The position numbers were made by a program, and so were the translations under genes. From Mobula hypostoma (taxonomy: Eukaryota), in the NCBI RefSeq assembly GCF_963921235.1, contig NC_086108.1:45014001-45078000 (forward strand): a stretch of 64,000 nucleotides of DNA, in the 5' to 3' direction. Positions 36,584 through 49,530 of this stretch are shown in pieces. Under the pieces are notes generated by a model. That model saw nothing but the letters and a program-made list of their open reading frames with translations. It had not been told where the DNA came from and did no database searches. How positions within the stretch are numbered: position 1 is the stretch's first letter; every line of letters begins with the position of its first letter.

Positions 36584-37045
36584 TGCATGTCTTATGAACA
36601 GCGTTTGATGGTGGGCCTGTATTCACTGGAATTTAGAAGAATGAGGGGAGACCTAATTGAAACCTATCAAATTGTGAAAGGCCTTGATAGAGTGGATGTG
36701 GAGAGGATGTTTCCTATGGTGGGAGTGTCTAAGACCAGAGGATACAGCCTCAAAATAGAGGGGTATCCTTTTAGAACAGAGATGAGGAGGAATATCTTTA
36801 GCTTGAGAGTTATGACTCTGTGGAATCCGTTGCCACAGACAGCTGTGGAGCCCAAGTCTTTATGTATATTCAAGACAGAGGCTGATAGATTCTGATTTAG
36901 TCAAGGTGTAAAGGGATCCAGAGGTGTGGGGGCGGGGAGGCAGGAAATTGGGGCTGAGAGGAAAAATGGATCAGCCATGATGAAATGGCAGAGCAGACTC
37001 AATGGGCTGAATGGCCTAATTCTGCTCCTAGATCTTATGGTCTAA
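36584..37045 (+). mobile_element. CR1 3' end joined directly to the pre-RT region
   Basis: SYEQRL..GLYSLEFRRMRGDLIETY; tail gaatggcctaattctgctcctagatcttatggtct. Confidence 0.9.
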
Positions 37046-37764
37046 ATGGGCTAGAGATTAAAACAAAAGTAATTTATAAAATAAATCACAAAAGTATGTT
37101 TGATCTATCAGGCCATTCCATTGGAGTTGAGATACTTTTCAGCTTGTCCCTTTCTCTTGAGAACAAAATGTCTCTCCGATTTTAACTTTCATACAGCTCT
37201 AACACTAGCTTAGTCCCATTTTGGCTAACCTTATTTTACCCTCATCATGTGTCCAACTCCATCAGATATGGCAGAACTGTCCGAAGCTGATCTGTATTTT
37301 TCTTTATCCTTTTCTGTCCTAATCCATCAGATCTTAGTTTCAGATTGGCTTTGATTTCTCATAATCTATGCGTATCTCATTTTAGGAAGCCATAATAAAT
37401 ATTATTCAAAATGTAAGTCTATCCTGTGCTCCATTTTCTTTTAACATCAACAAGCTGTTAAAATGTCACAATATGTGCGTTCTGAGTTGGAGATCTAAGT
37501 GAGCTGGCTATTTCAACTCAGCTACTGAAAAGGAAAGTATATCTCTTGTTGAAATTTAACATTGTTCAAACCAATCATTAATAAAAAAATCACAAGTAAT
37601 TTTGATTTCATATATCAACAAGTTTCTTTCAGATTTCAAGATCTTGAGAGTCTTGAAACAATTTTATTTTCTGTGATCAGTTTTGCCTTTTGCAATTGGT
37701 TGATTGACACTGCAATATCATTTGAAAGTGGCCGTCCTGTGCTGGCTGCCACAACCAACAGGAA

Positions 37765-40378
37765 ATCCCTGGGAAAGCCACAGTGACCAGGTCTCTGGCA
37801 CTGAGAGCTACTCTGTGGCTCAGAAGGGAAAGGAAGCAGGAAGACTGTAGTAGTGACAGGGGTTTCCATAGTTCACGGAGCTGACAGGAGATTCTGTGGA
37901 CATGAAAGAGACACCCTGATGGTATGTTGCCTCCCAGATGTCAGAGTCAGGGATGTCTCACAGCGAGTCCACAGCATTCTAAGGGGGGAGGATGAGTAGC
38001 AGGAAGTCATGGTACATATTGATATCAATGACATGGATAGGTAAAGGTCCTGAAGAGAGAATATAGTAAGTAGGTAGAAAGCTGAAAAGCAGGAGCTCAA
38101 GGGTAGTAATCTCTGGATTGTGTCTTGTGCAAGCAAGGGTAAGAATAGGTTGATTTGGCAGATGAATATGTGGCTTAAGAATCGGTGCAGGGGGCAGGGT
38201 TTCAGATTTCTGGATCATTGTGAGCTCTTCTGGGGAAGGTTTGACTTGTGAAAAAAAGGCAGCTTACATCTACACCTGACGGAGCCCAATATTCTTGTGT
38301 CAGGTTTACCAGAGCTATTTGGAGGGTTTAAAATAATTTGCCAGGGAGGTGGGAACTGGAGTGATGGGACAGATGATGGGCAGTTGGTATACAAGCAAAT
38401 GCAATGTGTAGTTTAGAAAGGGGTTAGAATTTAGCTTCCAGTAACATGGGGGAAAAATTAAAAATGATGAAAACAGGACTAAAGGTGCTATATTTGAATG
38501 CCTGCAATATATGGAATAAGGTTGATGATCTTGTAGCCAGTTAGTAATTGGCAGGTATGACATTATGGGCATCACTGAGTTGTGGTTAAAAGAAGATCAT
38601 AATTGGGAGCTATGGACAGACGTGTGCGGGGGGGGGTGCGCCCCTGTTGGTTAAAAAAAATGAAATCAAATCCTTAGAAAAAGGTGATATAGGATCTGAA
38701 GATGTAAAAATCTTTGTGAGCAGGGATTAACAAACTGCAAGACTAAAAAGACCCTAATGGGAATTATATACAGCCCTCCGAACAGTGGCTATGTTGTGGG
38801 CTACAAATTACAATGGGAGATAGAAAATGCATGTCAAAAGAGCAATGTTGCAATAATCATGGGGGATTTTAATGTCCAGGTAGATCGGGAAAATCAAGTT
38901 GGTGCTAGATCCCAAGATATGGAATTTATAGAATGCCTACAAGATGGATTTTTAGAGCAGCTTGTGGGTGAGCCTACTAGGGAATCAGCTATTCTGGATT
39001 AGATGTTGTGTAATGAAATGGATTTAATTAGGGAGCTTAAAGTAAAGGAACCCTTAAGAGGCAATGATCCTAATATGATTGAATTCATCTTGCCGTTTAA
39101 GAAGGAGAAGTTACAATTAGTTGCATCAGTATTATGGTAGAGTAAAGGGAACTACAGAGGCATGAGAGAGGAATTGGTCAAAGTTGCTTGTAAGGGCATG
39201 CTATGAAGGATGATGGCTGGAGTTTCTGAGAACAATTTGGAGGGTGTCGAATAGATACATCCCGAATAAGTAGTAGTATTCTAAAGGGAGGATGAGGCAA
39301 CCATGAATGAGGGAAGTGAAAGACAGGTAAAAGTAAAAGAGAGGGCATACATTATAGCCAAAATTATTGTGATGCTTCTAAGAACCAATTGAGGTGAGAG
39401 TGAATATTGGACCACTGGAAAATGACACTGGAAAGGTAATAATAGGACCATAGAAATGGCAGACGAACTCAATATATATTTTGCATTATTGTTCACTGTG
39501 GAAGACATGAGCTGTATGCCAGAAATTTGAGAATGTCGGGGGCAGAAGTGAGTGTAATTGATACTATTCAGGAGAATGTGCTTGGGATGGTGAAATGTCT
39601 TAAGTTAGATAAGTCACCTGGACCAGTTGGACTACAACCCAAAGTTCTGAAAGGGGTAACTGAAGAAATTGTGGATGCATTAGTAGTGATCTTTCAAGAA
39701 GCACTAGATTCTGGAATAGATTTGGAAGACAAGAACATTATTTATTTGGATTTTCAGAAGGCTTTTTGACAGGGTGCTGCACATCAGGCTGCTAAGCAAG
39801 ATGAGGACCCATGGTATTACAGGAGAGATACTAGCAGAGGTAGAGGATTGCCAAACTGGCTGGAGCCAAGGACTTGGAATAAAGGGGGCCTTTTCTGCTC
39901 GTGACTAGTGGTATTCCACAGAGGTTAGTTTTGGGACAGCTTAATTTCACATTATATGTCAATGATTTGGATGGTGAAATTGATGGCTTTGTGGCCAGGT
40001 TTGCGGATGGTACATAGGTGGGTGAAGGAACAAGTTGTGTTCAGGAAGCAGGGAGTCTGCAGAAAGACTTAGACTTGGAAGGAATAAAGGCATAGATTAT
40101 TTTCTAAATGGGGAGAAAATTCAGAAATCAGAGGTGTAAAGGAACTTGTAAGTCCTTGTGCAGGATTTCCTAAAGGTTAACTTGCAGACTGAGTTTGAGA
40201 GGACTAGAATATAAAAACAAGGATGTAACGCTGAAGCTTTATGTGGCATTGGTTAGACTGCAGTTGGAGTATTATGAGCAATTTTGGGTCCCTTATCTAA
40301 GAAAGGATGTGCTGACATTGAAGAAAGTCCAGGGAGGTTCATGACAATGATCCCAAGAGTGAAAGGGTTAAAATTTGG
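37765..40378 (+). mobile_element. Long degraded CR1 (ORF1 esterase, APE, RT) truncated by an LTR element
   Basis: VTGVSIVHGADRRFCG, MVCCLPDVRVRDV, ITELWL, YSPPNS, MGDFN, DKSPGP, YLDFQKAF, ARFADGT, QFWVPYLRKD. Confidence 0.92.
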
Positions 40379-40860
40379 TGTTGTGTATTTAATATTTCAG
40401 TAATATTTGAGTAACATTGTAAATATATTGTTTGATTAAGCATTATTTGCTTGTTTACATAATTCATTATGGGTTATATGTGAAAGTACGTGAATGGCAT
40501 ACATCATTACACCACCATGTCATACGTCATTACACCACCATGTCATACGTCATTACACCACCATGTCATACGTCATTACACCACCATGTCATAAGTGAGT
40601 GCCTCACCAAAGTAAAGCTAAATGTACACGGGTTATCCCCAGTTGCCGTGTTTCTCTTCCAATTAGTTTTATGTTTTGGAGTTACAAAACGTAACAGTGG
40701 TGACGAGGAGAATTTAAAACAAACCCAAGTCATCTGCCTACCTGTTGAAGAGAAAAAGGTAAATGTCAAGTTGTAGTTTTAAAAAGAGCACTAATCTGCA
40801 TGCTGTTGATGAAAAATCTGATAATGATGAGTGTGACACAGGACTGGGTATCCTTGAGAT
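40379..40860 (+). mobile_element. Gypsy-type LTR retrotransposon remnant: 5' LTR (40379-40696), PBS and internally deleted gag-like stub
   Basis: LTR bounded TGTT...AACA, immediately followed by gtggtgacgagg (TGG-type PBS); downstream NLHAVDEKSDNDECD acidic linker. Confidence 0.75.
40498..40593. repeat. 23-bp tandem repeat x4 inside the LTR
   Basis: catacgtcattacaccaccatgt at 40498 (one mismatch), 40521, 40544 and 40567. Confidence 0.95.
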
Positions 40861-41128
40861 TTCTTCCAACATTTTGTTTTTCATTCCAGATTCCAGCAGC
40901 TGTAACTTCTTGTGTCTCTGTACTCTATCAAACCCTCTTAACATCCTCCTTCCTACTCACAATCCCTACAAGTTTTATGTAATTTGTGGACAGTGAGGAA
41001 GACCATCAGTGATGCAGCAGGATCTGGACCAGCTGGAAAAATAGGCTGAAAAATGCCAACCAGGTTAGTCCTTTCACAGTGAACGGTAGGGCTCTGAGGA
41101 GTGTAATAGACCAAAATTATCTGGGAAT

Positions 41129-44100
41129 CATCATCATCATCATCATCATCATCAGGTGCCGTGCTCAGTTTGAGCTTTGACTGCCATGGCCCACACACTC
41201 CTGTTTTGGGTCAAGTGGATCAAATCATTGGTATTCATTTCCAGTTTTCTGGCTGCTGTCTCCATCATCATTTGTCTTTGTCTTCCTCTTGCTTTCTTCC
41301 CTTCAATCTTTCCCATAATTACCATGCATTCTAACTCCTCTTTCCTAATCACATGTCCACTGAAGTTACATTGCCTTTTCATGATCTCATACATTATTTC
41401 TGTTTTTGTGTTTGCTCTGTTCATGACATCCTTGTTAGATATTTGTTTTGTCCATGAAATTCTTTGCATCCTCCTCAAAAACCACATCTCTGCTGTTTCA
41501 ATTCGTTTCCTCATGTTACTAGGTATTGTCCAACGTTCTGAGCCATATAACATAACTGGATAAACGTAACATTTCAGTACTCTGAGGTGGGTTGTCATGC
41601 CTAGTTTAGTGTTGGTCAGTATACTCTTCATTCTCGTAAAAGTGTCTTTTGCCATCCCTATTCTTCTTTTGATGTCCATGTCACACCTGCCATCTGATGT
41701 CACCCAGCTTCCTAAGTAGCAAAAGTTCTGTACTTGTTTTATGTCTTCCCTGTTTATTTTCAGCCTGCAGATGGGATTCTCCTTTTTGGATATCACCATA
41801 CATTCTGTCTTTTTGCAATTGATACACAGACCCATTTTTGCACTTTCTTCAACAACTATATCAATTAAGTTTTTTAGTTCTTCCTCCGTACTTGCGATTA
41901 ACACAGTGCCATCTGCATATCTGAAATTATTAATGTTTTCACTGCCAACTTTGATTCCCAAGATGTCTCTTATTTTTTGTAATATTGTTTCACTGTACAC
42001 ATTAAATAAATCAGGGGAGAAAACACACCCTTGTCTAACGCCTCTCTTGATTTTCGTAATCTGACTCACTTCTGCATCTATTCTTACAGCGGCAGTTTGT
42101 TCCCAATACAGATTTCTGATTAGGCAGAGGTCTTTCGAATCTAGACCTAAAGTTTCCTGTAATATTACAAATAACTTACTGTGCTTCACTTTATCAAATG
42201 CTTTTGTGTAGTCGATAAAACAAACAAACAAATCTTTTTACACTTGAATAGCTCATTCTGATAGTATCCTTAAAATCATTACTGTGTTTCTTGTACCTTT
42301 GTCTTTCACAAAACCACATTGTTCTTTACCTATTTCAGCTTGCATCTTACTATTAGCTCTTGTCATCAAAATTCTCAGCAGTATCTTGGTGATATGACTC
42401 ATTAAACATATGGCCCTATGTAATTCACATTCTATTGCTCCAGGTTTCTTAGGAAGAGTGATAAATACTGATTTTTTTTTCATCACTTCTGGTATTATTC
42501 AGACTCATAAATGTCATTGATTAAATCAATAAGTTTTTCAATTCCATAATCTTCAAGGATGATAATTTGTTCTATTACTAATTCATCAGGACCTGCTGCC
42601 TTTCCTTTCTTCATCTTATTTATTGTATTACGAACTTCAGATTTTAAAATACTTGGACCTTAAATGTTTTTCTTAATTTCTGTTTTTTTGCCTCGATCGT
42701 CTTCAAACAATTCCTGAATATATTCAGTTCATCTGTTGATAATCTCATCTTTTTCCATGATAATGGTACTGTCCTTTGCTTTCAAACATCCACCTGAAGA
42801 ACAGAGGAGCTTTTTACCAGTGATATTCTGGATTTGTTGATGTAACCTTTTTGGATCAGTAATAAGGATTCTTTCTATTTGCTCACATTCCTGGTTTAAC
42901 CATTCTTTTTTGGCTTTTTGACATAAGCTTTTAACTTTTTTATCTAAGGACTTATATCCTATAGGATTTGCTTTCTTCCGTCTCCTTTCTTCCATTAGAT
43001 TTTTGATTTCATCTGTCATTCATTTATTCTTTGTGCTTTTTTCTTTTTTTAGGAATCACTGACTTTGCTGATTCTACCAAGACATCCTTTAGAGAGTTAA
43101 ACTTCATTTTTACATGATTGCTATCATCTTCAACAGATTCTATTTCTAGACTTTGAAATCTATTCCTTACTTCAATTGTAAATTTTTGTCTTATGTTTTC
43201 TTTAATTAATTGCAAGTAGTCAAGGGATTGTTCAGGTTTTTGCTTCTTTAGTTTTTTAAGTTTTACTTTTACATGACATAGTACTGGGTTATGGTCACTA
43301 GTACAGTCTGCACCTGGATATGTTTTGCATTGAGCCACTGAGTTTCTAAATCTTTGGTTTATAGTAATAAAGTCAATTAGATTTCTAGTGTTATCACCTG
43401 GACTTTTCCAGGTCCACAAGCATCTTGGATGGTTTTTAAAGTAGGTATTCGTAATGACCTGATTATTCATCTTGCACCATTCTACGCATTTCTCACCTCT
43501 TTCATTTCTTTCCCTTAATCCAAATTTTCCTATGGTATTTCCATCAGCACCTTGTCCTATTTTAGCATTTAGATCTCCCATGACAATAACAATATCTTGA
43601 GATTTGCATCCATTCTTTGCCTGTTCAAGCTCTTCATAGAATTTATCTATATCTTCATTTGTTCCATCTGTTGTTGGTGCATATACCTGTATAATTGCTA
43701 AATCAAATGGTTGTCCTCTGAATCGAACAAGGAGCACTCTTTCTGATATTGCCTAACATCCTAAAACACTTTTTGCCATGTTTTCATCCATTAGAATTCC
43801 TACTGCATTAGTATGGGATGTTCCATAAGAATAAATTAATGTTTTATTTCTATTCTGACATGTTCCAGCACCTATCCAACGAACTTCGCTAATTCCCATG
43901 ATGTTAATCTTTAGTCTTTCCATTTCAATTATCACATTGTCCAATCTTCCTGCTTGATATAGGGTTCTTACATTCCAAGTGGCAATAATTTTCTTTTGTC
44001 TTACTTGAATTTTATAAACAGTAGCTTGATGATGGTCGGGGATCCCCTGCTAGCCGGAATCAACCCTACCGAGTGACATCTTCAGAATTGTCTTGAAGAT

Positions 44101-45193
44101 CCTCTTGACGCTGTTGTTGTGTGATACATTTTGTGAGTTTGACCATGGTTTTCTTAACAAATAGATTCTAGGAAACCTAGTATCTAGCAACGGTGATTTG
44201 CTGTTGCCTTCCATTGGGCGAACTCATAGTCATAGTCATACTTTATTGATCCCGGGGGAGATTGGTTTTCATTACAGTTACACCATAAATAATAAATAGT
44301 AATAGAACCATAAATAGTTAAATAGTAATATGTAAATTATGCCAGTAAATTATGAAATAAGTCCAGGACCAGCCTATTGGTTCAGGGTGTCTGACCCTCC
44401 AAGGGAGGAGTTGTAAAGTTTGATGGCCACAGGCAGGAATGACTTCCTATGACGCTCTGTGTTGCATCTCGGTGGAATGAGTCTCTGGCTGAATGTACTC
44501 CTGTGCCCACCCAGTACATTATGTAGTGGATGGGAGACATTGACCAAGATGGCATGCAACTTAGACAGCATCCTCTTTTCAGACACCACCGTGAGAGAGT
44601 CCAGTTCCACCCCCACAACATCACTGGCCTTATGAATGAGTTTGTTGATTCTGTTGGTGTCTGATACCCTCAGCCTGCTGCCCCAGCACACAACAGCAAA
44701 CATGATAGCACTGGCCACCACAGACTCGTAGAACATCCTCAGCATCGTCCGGCAGATGTTAAAGGACCTCAGTCTCCTCAGGAAATAAAGACGGCTCTGA
44801 CCCTTCTTGTAGACAGCCTCAGTGTTCTTTGACCAGTCCAGTTTATTGTCAATTCGTATCCCCAGGCATTTATAATCCTCCACCGTGTCCACACTAAACT
44901 AAAGAAATCACCACTTCTTTTCCCAAATGTTCAACTGCCTGTACTATAGCCGTTGACATTTGAGGTCCTAGCTCACCCAGCTTCTCCATCATAAGATCAG
45001 TTACTGAACCTGCCGGATCTGCCTTTGGCCTTCGCTCGTATCCTGAGCAGGAACCATTGCAGGTGCTACTGTTCTGGGTCAGAGCAGTCCTGGGAGCAAT
45101 GAATGACTAAGGGGTAACTCCACTTTCCCCAAAGCTCTGAAAGTCTCCAATCAGAGCCTCATCACCGGTTGCAGTTTAGAGTCATACCCAGAC
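41129..45193 (-). mobile_element. Full-length RTE-clade LINE (APE plus RT), inactivated, with (TGA)n tail and 8-bp TSD
   Basis: IATWNVRTL, GISEVRW, IIQVYAPT, MGDLNAK, IDFI, SDHNPV, FIDYTKAFD, GVRQGCVFSP, RYADGT, YLGS; TSD ctgggaat at 41121-41128 and 45194-45201; (atc)n at 41127-41154. Confidence 0.95.
44225..44896 (-). mobile_element. Rex1/Babar LINE 3' part nested in the RTE 5' UTR
   Basis: ORF 44374-44892: KLDWSKNT, KKGQSRLYFLRRLRSF, FYESVVAS, RKSFLPVAIKLYN; tail gatcaataaagtatgactatgactatga; possible TSD aact. Confidence 0.92.
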
Positions 45194-46786
45194 CTGGGAA
45201 TACATACCCATAATTCATTGAAAGTGGCATCACAGGTGGATAGGATCATTGGCACATTGGCCTTTGCAAATCAAGTACTGAGTGGAGGAGATGGGATGTT
45301 ATGTTGAAGTTGTATAGGATGTTGGTGAGGCCTAATTTGGAGTATTCTGTGCAGATTTGGTTACCTACTACAGGAAAGATGTAAATAAGGTTGAAAGAGT
45401 ACAGAGAAAATTTACAAGGATGTTGCTGGGGCTGGAGTATCTGAGTTATAAGGAAAGATTGAATAGGTTAGGACTTTATTCCTTGGAACGTAGAAGATTT
45501 GAGGTGAAATTTGATAGACGTATGCAAAATTTTGAGGGTATAGCTAGGGTAAATACAAGCAGCTTTTTTCCTCTGAAGTTGGTTTGACTACAAGGGTGAA
45601 AGGTGAAATGTTTAAGGGAAATATGAGGGGAATCTTCTTCACTCAGAGGACCGTGAGGGCATGGAATGTGCTACCAGCACAATTAGTGGATGCAAGGTTG
45701 ATTTCAATGTTTAAGAGAACTTTGGATAAGTACATGGATGGCAGGGGTATGGAGGCTATTGTTCAGGTGCAGGTTGATGCGAGTAAGCAGTTTAAATCAT
45801 TTGGCATGGACTAGGTGAACCAAGAGGCCTGCTTTTGTTCTGTGACTCAATTATCTGCAAACTTGGAAATGTGGCAGTTGGTTTCTTTAGCCTAAGCATG
45901 TTTTGTTTTTTACTGCTCTGCCTTGTTGCATATTTCAGCTCATTCATTTTCCTTTCGATAGACCAGTTCCTAGTTTTCTGAGGAGGTAATTTTCTCAAAG
46001 TAGGTGATGGGTAGGCAGAGCCAGTTCTTTTGAATTGGTGTTGAGTTGTTTTAAATGTCGGCTCTTTTTATATTAGTTTTGAAGGACAGTAGGCTGTGCC
46101 CAATGGCCCATCAGGGAGATATACCCCATGATTTTTATTTCATAATTTCACTGTATTTTAAGTATGCGCTTTTTGCAGTGTTTGCAATCAATTTTTTTGG
46201 TAGAAAAAAACATTTAGATGAATCATTTCTTTGCCAGAAGCTGATAAATGCAGAAGTATTTTTAGTGGAAGATAATGTGTGTGAACTGCTTGAATGAGAC
46301 CAGCCCTACACCAGAGGTACATTCATTGTGGGCAAGTTAACTTCAGCTACAGCGTTGCAGATCTCCTTGTGCATCTCAGTGGCCATGCTCAAAGAGAGCC
46401 TAGAAGGTAGTGGTTGACTTGATCAGGAAATGGCAAAAGTAAGTTTACTGACAGAATTGGATACAGGAGGTTCTTGGGAATAGGAGTAAGTATTTATCTT
46501 TGAGTTGATTCCAGCTTTCAGTGAGATCATAGTTGATCCATGACCTTAGTTCATTTGCCTGCCTTTACCCTCTTTGTCATAATACTATTTGCTAATAAAA
46601 ATCTGTCATCTGAGGTTTACAATTCATAATTAACCAAGGAATTGGCAGTGTGATTTTCAGATTTCTACCATCCTTTGTATTTAGAAATTAAGCCTTGGAA
46701 AATTTGGCTCTAACTGTTAGGCTACGACCTCTTGACTTCATACCTAAAAGAAGAATTATCCTAATTTATCACTTTCTCATTGCCTC

Positions 46787-47837
46787 TCAGGCCCAGGCTG
46801 TAAACATAGGGGACAAGCTCTCCTCTACAATCACTCTGAGCACCAGTGCCCCACAAGGCTGTGTACTCAGCCCCCTGCTGTACTCACTGTACACCCATGA
46901 TTGTGTAGCCAAGTTTCCATCAAACTCAATATATAAGTTTGCTGATGACACAACAATTGCAGGCCGTATCTCGGGTAATGATGAGTTTGAGTACAGAGAG
47001 GAAATTAAGAACCTGGTGGTGTGGTGCGAAGACAATATCCTATCCCTCAACATCAGCAAGACGAAGGAATTGGTTGTTGACTTCAGAAGGAGTAGCGGAC
47101 CGCACAACCCATTTACATCGGTGGTGCACAAGTGGAACAGGTCAAAAGCTTTAAGTTCCTCGGGGTTAATATCACAAATGACCTGACTTGGTCCAACCAA
47201 GCAGAGTCCACTGTCAAGAAGGCCCACCAGTGCCTTTACTTCCTGGGAAAGCTAAAGAAATTTGGCCTGTCCCCTAAAACTCTCACTAGTTTTTGTAGAT
47301 GCACTGTAGAAAGCATTCTTCTAGGCTGCATCACAATCTGGTATGGAAGTTGTCCTGTCCAAGACCGGAAGAAGCTGCAGAAGATCGTCAACACAGTCCA
47401 GCACATCACACAAACCTATCTTCTGTCCTTGGACTCATTTTACACCGCACACTGTCAGAGCAGTGCTGCCAGGAAAATCAGGGACTCAACCCACCCAGCC
47501 GACACACTTTTCGTCTCTCTTCCCTCTGGGAGAAGACTCAGGAGCTTGAAGACTTGACGGCCAGATTTGGGAACAGCTTCTTTCCAACTGTGAAGACTGC
47601 TGAACGGATCCTGATCTGGATCTGGTCCGTACCCTCCAAATATCTGGACCTGCCTCTCGGTTTTTTTGCACTACCTTACTTTCCCTTTTCTGTTTTCTAT
47701 TTGTGATTTATAATTTAAATTTTTAATATTTACTGTCAATTTCTACTCCAGGGAGCGCGAAGCGCAGAACCAAATATCGCTGTGATGATTGTACACTCTA
47801 GTATCAATTGTTCGGCGACAATAAAGTATAAAGTAAA
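46787..47837 (+). mobile_element. Rex1/Babar LINE RT plus 3' UTR
   Basis: APQGCVLSPLLYSLYTHDC, KFADDTT, LNISKTKELVVDFRR, SFKFLGV, KKAHQCLYFL; tail caataaagtataaagtaaag. Confidence 0.93.
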
Positions 47838-48189
47838 GACACCCAATGTCCAGATACTTCTGCACCTCGGTCAATCAGACTATGTATATAGGCTCATCTC
47901 ACATATATACAGCCCCAAGCAGACAGTTACTTGTACATTGTGTTTTATAGGATTGATTTTACATTTATATTTATTGTGTTTGCTTTTCCTTTTAAAATTA
48001 TGCTTGTGTTTGTTTTATTCTGCTTCGGATCAGGACTAACAATCATTTAATTTTCCTTTACACTCGTGTCTTGAAGATTGACAACAAACAATCTTAAATC
48101 TTGAAGAGCTTTTCATTATTTTCTCCACTTGCTCATGACATTTTAATGATCAAAGTTTATGAAACCCTTAGCCTCTTCAGGCTTTTTAG

Positions 48190-49530
48190 TTGAAGAGGTT
48201 TTAGGTTAAGTAAAGTTAGGTTAGGTCTTGGAAAGGTCTGATTGAGTTGTAGCAGTGCATTTTATAGAACGCGTCACATACTCAAGCCACAATGTGTCAG
48301 TGATGAGGGGAGAGAAGGGTTAAGATGTTGTCTAGGATGCTAATCAAACAGGCTACTTTTGACAATGTTGAGTTGGACTGGAGGCTGGACTAAAACTTTG
48401 GACAGATTGATGTGCTCGGGCTGACCCAAGAGCTAACGACAAACCAATGTTTAGCCTATTTAAATGCTGAGCCAGATTTAAAAGATAAAGGCGTCAGCTG
48501 AGGGCAAAGGATGAACCAGTGCTCAGCTCACTACTCCGTAACGCTTACTTGCCTCAGTGCTGAACTGGCTTTGTGGCTGTGGACTTGCCTTTGGGGACTG
48601 CGGTTCATGTTCTGTGTGTTATTGTTTACTTTTCTCTTGTTTGTGTGAATTGTTCTTTCTTTTGATTGAATGTTTGACTATGTTTGTGGTGTAAGATTTT
48701 CGTAAATTCTATTCTGTTTCTTTTTTTTGTGGATCTGTGTAAGAAGGTGATCCTCACGATTGTATATGGTGTACATGATTTGATAATGAATGTACTTTGA
48801 ATTTGAACTTTGAGGTTAAACTCATCTTGGCATGTGGAGACTGTTCTGTAACCCTTTGATTGATCTTCACCAATAATGACGGCGATGCTCTTGGAGTTTG
48901 CACTTATTGTTAGTTACATAATCGTCTGCTATTATTAACAACTAGCAGTGTGGGTCCCTGAAGCTTTGATCTGAATTTTCAGTTGCGAAATTTCTTAGCT
49001 TTGGCTTTTTGCATCTTGCTCCTGTTTAGCAGAAGCTGTGCTGCAGCTTCACTTGGTAGGCAGCTCATTTTCTGTGACATGTCTGGTACCTCTTCTGAGA
49101 TATTCATTTACACTCTCTGTTGAAGTAGAATGCTTCCCGAGATTGATGGTAATAGTAGTGTTTGGGATTTGCTCTGAAGACACATATTGTAATAATTTTG
49201 CTGCCTTTGATAGCCTATGATGCTCCATTGATACCCAGATTTGTGCTGTCGGATGTATTCTGAGTGTATGGGATTGTACTTGAATTCCAGAATGGAATGT
49301 AGTAAAGCTTTTCATTTCTGATTGCTATCAAGTGTTGGGATTGTATTTAACTCTGATGCACCTTCAGGCTGGAATAACTTGTAACATTCTTTCTCTAGAA
49401 TTCCCCATGAAGAATGGTGATAGGAGTAAGATTCCCCAGGCCTGGCAGCAGTGGTTATACTGTACCTGGGAGCAATGGATGGAACCTGGGAGGAATTTGA
49501 GAGAGGAACCATATAGTAATGAGTTCAGCT
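48190..49530 (-). mobile_element. Very degraded CR1-group LINE, interrupted at about 48375-48812 by another short element ending tttgaatttgaactttga
   Basis: Patchy antisense similarity to CR1 ORF2; judged by eye only. Confidence 0.45.

Larger units (their letters stand above)
40990..45850 (+). mobile_element. CR1 3' part split by the RTE; own sequence 40990-41128 and 45194-45850
   Basis: QQDLDQLEK, TVNGRALRSV, then resumes LGIHTHNSLKVASQVD, YRKDVNKVERVQRKFTRM. Confidence 0.88.

Noticed and set aside
40953..41198. ORF with a poly-aspartate tract
   Set aside because: Translation of the RTE (TGA)n tail in another frame.
44900..45193. HDV-like ribozyme at the RTE 5' end
   Set aside because: Known for some RTEs, but I could not assemble the nested double pseudoknot by eye; left as a check, not a call.
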